Shown: one piece after another, positions 32,463 through 42,951 of the stretch
Layout: every line of letters starts with the position of its first letter
Position numbering within the stretch: the first letter of the stretch is position 1
DNA from: Monocercomonoides exilis PA203
Lineage: Eukaryota; Protista; Preaxostyla
Direction: 5' to 3'
Length of the DNA stretch: 64,000 nt
Assembly: GCA_001643675.2 (NCBI GenBank)
Contig: LSRY02000002.1
Span: forward strand, 620,001-684,000
Notes under the pieces: generated by a model
Databases searched by the model: none
Told to the model about the DNA's origin: nothing
The model's input: only the letters and a program-made list of their open reading frames with translations
Made by a program: the position numbers and the translations under genes

Positions 32463-32560
32463 GGGTTATTCTTTTTGAAAAGTCGCAAATGATCAAATAA
32501 TGGGTTTTTTTCATAAAACCCAGAAATAAATCATTTGCGACTTTTCAAAAAGAATAACCC
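32463..32560. mobile_element. 98-bp MITE of the GGGT(G/T)ATTCTTTTTGAAAAG TIR family
   Basis: GGGTTATTCTTTTTGAAAAGTCGCAAATGAT is a perfect inverted repeat of ATCATTTGCGACTTTTCAAAAAGAATAACCC, and nearly identical to the TIRs at 63721-63960. Confidence 0.85.
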
Positions 32561-33211
32561 ACACTGTCATTGCATAAAAGTTCTTTTGTCACATCAAAGA
32601 GATCCAGCTTGTCTTTGTGAAAATTTTGAATTATCAAAGAAGAAAATTGTCTGAGAGAATGAGTTTATGTGAAAGATTATTTTTTATAGCAGAGAAAGAG
32701 AAATCTCTTAAGTTTCCAAATATGATCCTTCACGTCTTTTTTGTTTTCTTTCATTTTCAATGGTTTAATAATTAAACAAAAAATTCAAACACTTCTTCTT
32801 TTGAAAAAAAAGTCGAGCTTTGTTTCCATAAAAAAAAGAAAACCACAAATCAATAAATTTTGTTCACAATTAAAGCAAATTTTCATATCTTTGTTTCTCA
32901 TTAACGTGAAACATAAGCATTTTCAACAAAATATGAATCAAATATGAATGTGGACATATTTTCTATTAATGCTCAAATCTCATTTCATTTATTGAATTTA
33001 TCTCAGATTAAATTGAGCAAAGGTCTTATTCTTTAATTAAAACATATTTAATAATTTACAACAAAATAAAAACATTGCATATACAATTTATATTTTGAAC
33101 GCAAATTTTCTAATTTATAACTATTCATGACGCATATCTCCAAAACAAAAAAAAAATATTTTTTGAGTTAATTGCAGTAATCTGATTATCAAAAACAAAA
33201 TTTCTAAAAAT

Positions 33212-34347
33212 TCAAATACGAATGTGATCTATATCAATAATTGGCTCTATTATTCCTCCATTTCTTCTTGTAATCTTTCTAAGATCATGCAAAGCTTTTC
33301 GTTTCTCTTCAACTTCATATTCTTTGATAAACTGTTCCATATAATGACTAATCGTAGCATGAAGTGAAAACTCCCTAATTCCCCGAACATCCAGCGACTG
33401 AAGAAGCTCTGTGATGTTTTGCCGCGAGCAATCAAAATAAGCCCAAGTCGGCCGAGCAAGCGGTACTGTCTCATTTGAATCATTCTGCTCCAATGAATGG
33501 GAAGAAGCAGAGGAAGAGGTTGAAGAAGAAGAAGAAGAAGAAGAAGAAGAAGAAGAAGAAGATGATGATGATGATGATGAGACCAACGAATTAGACTGCA
33601 TTTGAAGAGAACTTGCATTTTGCTGATTTAAATGTGTTGGCTCTGATTTATGTGCAGTGAATGGAGTGAATGGCTGAAGTTGTTTGTGCATAGTTTGCAT
33701 CGCTGAAAACGTAAGAGGAGTCAAATTAGCAGGAAAAGCAGCCAAGTGCGAATACATCTCAGATGCTTCCTTGCCAGACTCGCTCTTATCATCTTGCTCA
33801 ACAACGATTTTCCTCCTTCTGTTGACTGCAGGCGGGGTAAAAGCGAGCCCAGGGTCATAAACATAAATGCGTCCCTTTTCGCCCGCAAACGAATAGTAAG
33901 TTCTCAGCACTCTATCTTTTCCCAGCACAAGCGCCCCAACGATCGACCTCAGAAGTGTGTTGTTTGTCGTGTTCTTCTTCTGGTTCATCTCTTCTTTCTC
34001 GACAAACTTCTGCAGGGCATTCTGAGCATCTTCTACATCTTCAGTCACTTGCCGCAGGAGTACAAGAGCAGAAATATAAGCATTGTATTTCTTGTGGCTT
34101 GTGTGGCTCGGCAGAGAAGAAGTAGCTCGAAGCTTGCGCTTTGTCTGGGAGGGGGAAATGGAATACAATGAAGGTGAAAGAGAAGGAGAAAACGAAGGAG
34201 AGAAAGAAGGAGAAAGTGAAGGAGAAGAGGAAGAGGAGGAGGAAGATGAAGAAGAAGATGAAGTGTCTGGTGATGAAGATTTGTTGGTGAATGGCTGCTG
34301 TGTGGGATGTGTGGATGTGATGGTTGTGGTTGAAGAAGATGAAGACA

Positions 34348-34378
<31 letters not shown>

Positions 34379-37300
34379 AGATGATGATGTGGAAGGAAAT
34401 GAAGGAAAAGAAACATTGGTAGAAGATGAAGAAGATGATAGAGGAGAGAAAGAGGAGGAGTAGAAAAGCGGAACAGGTGTTGGAAGAAGAGAGGAATTAG
34501 AAGCAGGTGGAGAAGCAGAAGGAGTAGCTACAGAAGAAGAAGGTGAAGAAGAAGCAGAAGAAGAAGAAGATTGAGATGGAGATGATGAAGGAACCGCAGG
34601 AGACAACTTCGCAAACAGCAATTCTGGTTTAACCTCTTTCTCAGATTCATTGCTGTTCTTATTATCTCCGTTCATTTCTTCTTCATCCTCTGAAATATCC
34701 ACCTCATTTTCTTTGTTCTCATTCCCATTCCCTTTCGTCTTCCCCTTCGCCTTTGGCTTCTCATTCGTCTTCTCATTCGCCTTGGCATTAGCCTGTGCCT
34801 GCGCCAATATCGACATTTTCTCCCCATGCATCAGCACCTGCTGCTTCTCCTCTTTGTCCACAGGGCACCCGTCTTTCTTCATCTCCGTCTCGATCTCTTT
34901 CACCTGCCTCTCCGCAGCCCGCTTTGCCGCCTCCGCATCGCTCACTTTCCCTTTCAGCTCTCCAAACTTCTCTTCAGATATCCTTTTTTTCTGCTCTGCC
35001 ACTTCGAATATCTCCGCGAACTCGCTGCACACGCGGCCAGACGAAAGCGCCAGGCGAAGAAGAAACTGGAGCAGAGAAAGGCGGTCGGTGCAGCTGAGGC
35101 GGAAGTAGCCAGCGTGCGGAAAGAGAGGGACAATGGCGGGTGTGTCGGGGGAAGGTGGATAAGGGAGACTGATGATGGAAGAAGAAGGAGAAATAATAGA
35201 GGAGGAAGAGGAGGGGGAAGAAGAAGAAGGAGAAATTGAATGAGAAGAAGGAGAAGTGGAAGAAGCTGTCTGATTAGGTTTTAGTTGTATTGATGATGAA
35301 GAGCCAACAGCCTGAGATGTGTTCTGAGATGAAGGCAGTGCTTTCACAGTCAAAGAAGATGGACTATTGCTAGCAGGAGAAGTGGACGAAAGAGAATTCA
35401 TAGAAGAGAAGAAAGGGGTTGGAGTGGAAGAGAGAAGAGGATACGGAGAAGGAGAAGGAGAAGGCGAAAGAGGAAGAGGAAGAGAAGGCGATGAAGGAAG
35501 AGAAGGAGACAGCTGCTTCACAAACAGCTGGGAAGGTGACTGGGCAGATTTGAGATTCGGTTGGGAGTTGAGGGAGTGATGTGATGAAGAAGCAGAAGAA
35601 TTTGAAGAAGCAGAAGAATTTGAAGAAGCAGAAGAATTTGAAGAAGAAGAAGAAGAAGAAGAAGAAGAAGAAGAAGAAGAAGAAGAAGAAGAAGAAGAAG
35701 AAGAAGGAAACAGAGTAGTTTGATTGGGAGCTGTTGAAGATGGATTGCCAGTTGAGGACAATGGAGAATTCACAAATGGCTTCCATATTTTCGTCTGATC
35801 AGAAGAAAGAAGAGCAAGTGGAGAATTAGGCGGTGTGGGTGAGAGGAAAGGCGAAGCCTCAGGTGAAGAAGAAGAAGAAGAAGCAGAAGGAGAAGGAGAG
35901 AAAGGTGAAGAAGAAGAAGAGGAAGAGAAAGAAGCAGAAGGAGAAGCAGAAGATTTCTCATTATCTGCAAACACCAGAGTCGCAGTTTCTCTCCACTTCC
36001 CTGTTGACGAGTCAAGCTCGCCGCGCATCTTCCTCTCCTTCATCAGCTCCTGCGTGGCAGCACACTCCGGACAGAACCACTTCTCTGCATTTGGCACAGA
36101 GGAGATGCCCAGGCAGACGATGTGATAGGAATGCAGACATGTTCCATCGCAGCAGATGAGCTTGCCCTCCTTCTTGCAGATGAAGCAGATGTCTTCGTTC
36201 ATGTTGAGCGGCTCCAGAGGGACAAGAGGATGCGATGAAGACTGCTGATGCTGTTGATTCTGCTTGCTTCGAGAATACTTGGAGAACCGGCGAGATGAAT
36301 GAGAGCGATGGTATCCGTCGCTTTCTGAAGTGTTGTTTTCGTCGTCTTCATCTTCGCCTTCTTCGTCGTCATCTTCTCCCTCCTCCTCATCTTCTTCATT
36401 CACACTCTCAGCGCTCTCTTCTTCATCTCTCCTTGTTTTACGTTTAGTTCCTTCGCCTTTCCCTTCATCACCCTCCTCCTCTTCATCCTCTTCCTCTTCC
36501 TCTTCTTCTTCATCTTCTGACTCAGAAGTTCTTAATGCACGTCTTTTCTTCCTCATGTTCGTGTTCCTATTCTCTTCTTCTCTCTGACTCCCTCTTTTAG
36601 TCCTCTCAGCCACATTCGATCTCTGGCTGCCATTTCTCTTTCTTTGCGAAGACAGCGCTGAGTCCAAACGAGAAGAAGAACCAGAAGCAGACGAATAAAG
36701 CGACAGCACCTCAGAAAGTGCGTCCATCTCCCTCTTCTCCTGTGAACGTGTTGAATACCCCGTCTCGTTCGCTGCCGACGCCACATCCAGCATCATCTTC
36801 ATAATCTTCTCCTTCGAATGAATAGGAGCCCTTCTGTCGCTTCTGCTATTGCTGCTACTGCTGCCACCATTGTCATTGCGTCTTGTGTGATATCTTTCAT
36901 ATTCATTGTATCCTCTTTCTCTTTGATTCGTTCTGTGATTTCTATTGTCTCTTTGCCTGGTCTGATTCCTCCGTGTGCCGTATGAGGTTATGTCTGATAG
37001 AGAATCCAGCTCATCTGACCGGGCAGATGAGCCATCTGACACATTCTCCACCTCATCTGATGCTGATTCCCTTCCTTTTTCATCATCATCTTCTTCTTCA
37101 TTTCCACTTTCCTCTGATGAATAATCCAACATCCTCCGCTTGCCTCGTTCTCTTCCCCTTGTTTTGTACCGCTCTGCTGCCAACTCCTTCAAATCCATCT
37201 TTTCAGCCACCTCAGCCAGTTCTCTGAACTTCGACCGCGTTTCTATCGTTGCGTGTGTCAGCAGCCTCGCCAAGTTCTCCTCTGCTCTTTTCTTCTTGTT

Positions 37301-39043
37301 CTCTTCCTCTTTCTTCTTCTCCTCTTCTCTCTTTTTTTGCTCCAGCACCTGCAGGCGGTGACTTTTGCGCTGCGGATACAGCTCTTCGTACTTCTTCTTT
37401 TTGGCTGCTATTTTCTGCTTGTACGACAGACTTTGCTGTCTGCTCGACCGCTTTCTGCCATAAGACGAGTAATCATCGCTGCTTTCGTCCATCTCAATGG
37501 GATCATCTTCATCCTCTTCCTCCACATCGTCTTCGTCGTCTTCTGCATCTTCCCCTGAAAGCTCGTATTCTTTGTCGTCATCTGCTTCTTCTTCTTCCTC
37601 TTCTGCTTCTGCTTCTGCTTCTGCTTCTGCTTCTGCTTCTGCTTCCTCTGAGCCAGCTTCATCAACTTCAATTTGCTCTTCTTTTTCTTCTTCCTCTTTT
37701 TCTTCTTTGCTTTCTTCATTTTCATCTCCTTCTTCATCTTCCAGTGACAGTCGCTTTTTCTTTTGACTTGGAAGTGCTTTTGTTGTTTCTTTTGCTATTT
37801 TGTATTTTTCGTTTGTTGATTTTCTCAAATCATCATTTTTATGTTGTTTTACTTCTTCATTTTGATCTATTTCTTCCTCTTCCTCCTCCTCTTCATCATC
37901 ATCTTGTTCACCATCTTCTCCCTCCTCCTCCTCCTCCTCTTCTTCTTCTCCAAAGTCGTCTTCATCTTCATCATCTGGATCTTCATAGTTATCAGACCAT
38001 TTCTTTCTCTTTCTTCTTGTTTCATTTGGCTTATACTTCTTCTTTTTGTTTGTAAAGTTTGATTTGCCCCTTCTCTTTCCTCCTTTTCCTCCTCTTATTC
38101 TCGAAACCTCTTGTTCTCCTTCCCCTTCAACTTTGCATTGATCTTCCAACTTCACTTGATCTTGAGATGAAGTCATCACACTTACTACAAATTCTCCCCT
38201 TTCTGCTTCCTTTTCTTGAGATTCTTCATCTCCGCTTGATTCAACAACTATGGGCGTTTTGTCATGTTGCTTGTCCTCTGGCGAATCGTAGGCAACATCA
38301 ATGGAATGTGTTGATTGATACACAACGCTCTGCTTGATGCCCTGCAAAATCATTGCCACTCGCTTTATGGGGAAATCATTAGACGTTTCAAAAACTTCGT
38401 CATATTGAAGCAAAAATATTCCCAATGGAAATGCCCAAAATGTTGGTGATACACATTTCTGATGTCCAGGATGTAGTTTTAGCTCGTCCATCTCTTCAAT
38501 TAATACACGTAAAATTGATGAAACTGCTTCGCAAAAACTTATATTACATGTGTAGTCCATAAGTGCTTCTTCTATTACGCTGAAAGGAAAGATAGAATAA
38601 TTTAGCGCATGGGAAACAGCGATCAGTCCATCCCACACGTCAAGTGCTTGAGATATATATTTAGACGGAATCCTAAAAGACGACACCAAACTTGGTATCT
38701 TAAAAATATATTCATTCTTCTTTCGTGGAATAAAAATATCCTCAATCGGATATTTTGGTGCAACATCAATCGTGTGGTCATTCCCCTTGTCGTGTCGATA
38801 ATTGTAATATGTAACTTCTCCATCATCGTCCTCAATTATTTGTAATGCAATGAATTTTTTTGGTTTTTTTTGGAAAGATAATTTTGGAAAAGGCAGCATC
38901 TTTGAAGTTAAATTCAATAATGTTTTCTTTTCTAAATTTGATAATAATTCGCGTGAAGATCCTAATGGTTTTATAGGATTCATTTGCCCTTGTGATACTG
39001 TAACGGAGTGATGCGAAGTTGATTCATCCTGCCAACTTGTCAT
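33212..39043 (-). CDS. DDT-PHD-WHIM chromatin protein (BAZ/ACF1/PTM-like ISWI partner)
   Basis: DDT (ALDVWDGLIAVSHALNYSIFPFSVIEEAL), PHD (CFICKKEGKLICCDGTCLHSYHIVCL...WFCPEC), WHIM1 (YFRLSCTDRLSLLQFL), WHIM2 (LGKDRVLRTYY) and WHIM3 (WAYFD...LLQSLDVRGIREFSL). Confidence 0.85.
35586..35705 (+). repeat. 18-bp tandem repeat x3 plus (GAA)~22 microsatellite, encoding SNSSAS repeats and poly-Ser on the minus strand
   Basis: GAAGAAGCAGAAGAATTT three times, followed by an uninterrupted GAA run. Confidence 0.9.
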
Positions 39044-39279
39044 ACGATTTTAAAAAACAAACAAATTTGAAAGTTCCTTGACGAAAATAATACAATCTTC
39101 AAAAATAATTCCAATTATTTTTTAAATGCAGTTTGCTAACCAAATTCTTTATTGAATATAAATTATGCTATATTCAATACAATAACTTTATTTAAGTTAA
39201 TCAGATCTAAATAATAGGTTAGTTTTGATCATAGATTTCCCTTGGTTACCCGGATTCGTCTGAAAAAGATCTAGAAAAG

Positions 39280-42200
39280 ATGACACGCTATGTCTTTATG
39301 TTTGATGAGCATCCTAATGTTTGTCTTATGGATTATTCTTTATAATTAATGATTGTTATCTTTTTTATGATAAACATTGCTTTCATTTTAAATGCAACTT
39401 CGTTCTGTCAAAAATTTTGATTTATCGAAATTCTAACTATTTAGCCTTCCAAAGAGATTCTTGGAGGAAAAGGATATGGTCTTGCAGTAATGAGCAAGAT
39501 TGGATTGCCTGTGCCATATGGTTTCACAATTACAACTGAAACATGCAAATATGGAAAGGATCTTCCAGAAGATGTTGTTAAGCAGATTGACGAGCACTTG
39601 ATCAAGTTGGAGAAATCATCAGGAAAGAAATTCGGTGATCCTGAGAACCCTCTTCTTGTGTCTGTTCGTTCAGGTGCAGCTGTTTCCATGCCCGGTATGA
39701 TGGACACAGTCCTCAATCTTGGACTTAACGATGACACTCGCGCCGGACTCGCAAAGAAAACAAACAATCCTCGTTTTGCTGCTGATTCTTATCGTCGTTT
39801 CATGCAAATGTTCGGAAATGTTGTCATGGAAATAGAACACGACAAATTCGAAAAAGAACTGAACACAATCAAAAACAAGCACGGGAAAAAGCTCGACACA
39901 GAACTTACCACTGAAGAACTCGATGAAGTCATTGTTGCATACCGCGCTCTCATTCAAAAGGAAAGAGGTGAATTCCCAACTGATCCAAAGAAACAATTGC
40001 GTATGGCCATTGATGCTGTGTTCTCATCATGGATGAACCCACGTGCAATTGCATATCGTAAATTGAACGATATCCGTGGACTTATTGGAACAGCTGTGAA
40101 TGTTCAGATGATGGTCTTCGGAAACACAGGAGAGACTTCCGGAACTGGTGTTGGATTCACTCGCAACCCATCAACTGGTGAAAATGTTGCATATGGTGAA
40201 TATCTTCTTAACGCTCAGGGAGAAGATGTCGTTGCTGGTATTCGTACTCCTCATTCAATCAGCGTCATGGAGAAAGAACTTCCAGATACATACAAGCAAC
40301 TCATGGATGTGTTCCACAAACTCGAGGAACACTTCAAGGATATGCAAGATTTGGAATTCACAGTCGAGGAAGGAAAATTGTTCATGCTTCAATGCAGATC
40401 TGGAAAACGTACTGCTGCTGCAGCTGTCCGCATTGCAGTCGAAATGGTGAAGGAAGGATTGATCACAAAGGAAGATGCCATCATGCGCATTGAACCAAAC
40501 AGCGTCACACAACTTCTTTTCCCACAGCTTGATGCTGAGGATAAGAAGAAATTCGAAGTGTTGGCAAAGGGTCTTCCAGCTTCACCTGGTGCTGCCATTG
40601 GAAAATTGGCATTCACAGCTGAAGAAGTGAAAGAACGCGTTTCAGCAGGCGAGAAAGACGTCCTGTTGTGCCGTGAGGAAACATGCCCAGATGATATTGA
40701 AGGAATGAACTTGGCCAAGGGTATTGTCACTGCTCGTGGTGGAATGACAAGGTTTGATATTTGTGATAATATAAGAATATAGTATTATTGAGAAAAAGAA
40801 AGAAAAGAATATTTTTGAAAACATGGGTGTTACAAGATGCAAACCTAAAACGTTCCTTACTGAAATAAATCATGTGGAATGTTTTTTCAAGCTCAACAGG
40901 GACTGAGACATCCTTTTATTTTTTTTTCAGTTTTTTGTTATTTTCAAAAACCTCAATATTTTATTTTATATCGTTTTTTTTTTCATTTTTCATTTATAGC
41001 CATGCTGCTGTTGTTGCTCGTGGTATGGGAAAATGCTGCGTCTGCGGATGCGGCGACCTCCATATTGATGCAGCTACAAAGACAATTTCAGTTGGATCCA
41101 AGAAATTCGGACCTTCAGATTACTTCACACTTGATGGATCAACCGGTCAAGTTTATGCTGGAAAAGTCCAAGTTAAGGATGCTGAAGTTTCAGGAAACTT
41201 CGAAACAATCCTCAACTGGGCTAACGAATTCAAGAGACTTGGTGTTAGAACAAATGCTGAGACTGAAAGAGATGCAAAGAAAGCTCGTGAATTTGGTGCT
41301 GAAGGTATTGGTCTGGCAAGAACTGAACACATGTTCTTCCAGGGAACAAGAATCCGTGCTGTTCGTGAAATGATCTTGTCAGAAAATGTTCAAGGACGTG
41401 AGGTCGCTTTGGCCAAGCTTCTTCCTCTCCAGAAGGGAGACTTCAAAGATTTGTTCACAGTCAACGAAGGACTTCCAGTGAACATTCGTCTTCTTGACCC
41501 ACCGCTGCATGAATTCTTGCCGCAAACACCAGCAGAAATGGAAGAGATGTCAAAAGAAATGGGTGTCTCAGTTGAGAAAATTAAAGTTTTGTGTACAAAC
41601 ATGCACGAAACTAATCCAATGCTTGGGTTCCGTGGATGCCGTCTCGGCGTTGTCTACCCAGAAATCAGCCGCATGCAGGTTCGTGCCATCATGGAAGCTG
41701 CTTGCGAAGTTGTTGAATCAAGAGCTGACTTCAACTTCAAAGGTGTTGAAATCATGATTCCAGTTCTTGCACATATGGAAGAAATGAAAATGCTGCGTGA
41801 ATTGTCTGTTGGTGTTGCAAACAAGGTTCTTGAAGAACACAAACTCACCATTGAACGTGTTCCATACACTGTTGGTGTGATGATGGAATTGCCACGTGCA
41901 TGCATCTGTGCTGATGACATCGCTCAATATGCTGACTTCTTCTCATTCGGAACAAACGATCTTACTCAGACGACTCTTGGATATTCTCGTGATGATGCAG
42001 GAAAATTCATCCCATTGTACTTGGAGAAAGGAATCTACGAAAAAGATCCATTCCAGGTTCTTGATCAAAATGGTGTTGGTGAATTGATCAAGATGTCTGT
42101 TTCAAAAGGAAGAACAACAAAGCCCAACCTGAAATGCGGTATCTGCGGTGAACATGGAGGTGAGCCTTCATCTGTTGAATTCTGCCACCGTGTTGGCTTG

Positions 42201-42290
42201 AACTATGTTTCATGCTCTCCATTCCGTGTTCCTGTTGCTCGTATTGCTGCTGCTCAAGCCGCCATCAAGGAAAAGTGTGCTGCTAAGTAA
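39280..42290 (+). CDS. PPDK: Pyruvate, phosphate dikinase, 3 exons
   Basis: Exons 39280-39318, 39445-40751 and 41000-42290. Motifs LGGKG, PLLVSVRSGA, GEDVVAG, spliced GGMTS|HAAVVARG (phospho-His), FSFGTNDLTQ and CGEHGG. Confidence 0.97.
40825..40913 (+). ncRNA. Intronic box C/D snoRNA with two rRNA guides
   Basis: Terminal stem GGGTGTT/GACATCC, degenerate C box AAGATGC (40834-40840), D' CTGA (40860-40863), C'-like ATGTGGA (40872-40878) and D CTGA (40903-40906). The D guide TCAAGCTCAACAGGG is the exact complement of conserved LSU rRNA CCCUGUUGAGCUUGA. The D' guide pairs with LSU UAGGGAACGU. Confidence 0.85.
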
Positions 42291-42951
42291 ATAAAATTTT
42301 TATTTTATAACATTTATTCAACTACCATTCTTTTTAAGCATATTTAATAATGTAGTTAAAATTAATTTTCAAAAATGATTTTTTAAAAAATGTATTTTTA
42401 AAAAGAAACAATTTTATTGAAAATTTTAATTAAAGTTAAAATTTGTATTAAAATTTTATTGTAATTATTGAAAATTTGGTTTAATAAATCAAACAAAAAA
42501 ATATTCGGTGAATTTTTTGAGGACGATGATAGTTTTGAGATGTTCCTGCAATCTTTAAAGAAAAAATTTAGTGAGCGAAAGAATTATTTCTTTTCTTTTC
42601 TTTTCTTTTCTTATTTTTTCTTTTTCCTTTTCCTTTTAAATCAAATAATCTTTTGCAAACAAAAAATTCTTAATAATGAGTTATGTAATTTCATTTAAAA
42701 TATAGATTTGTCTTTTCATTGTTGATGAATAAACAAAAAATTTGAGAAGAAAAAAGTTCCTTGATAACTTGTTTGAGTGGCACCTCCTTTGCAAAGGAGT
42801 GTTCTTTCTGTTTTTTGAAAGTTGCACATATCCAATTACAACACAAAGAAAACAAAAAATGAATAAAATATTCACTCTTTATCATTTTTCAAAACTCACC
42901 AGTATTTGGTTCCTTTTGATCCTTTTTTGTGTATATTAACAAGCAACTGAC

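Noticed and set aside
39319-39444. Possible ncRNA in PPDK intron 1
   Set aside because: Only weak AT-rich box-like words and no guide match.
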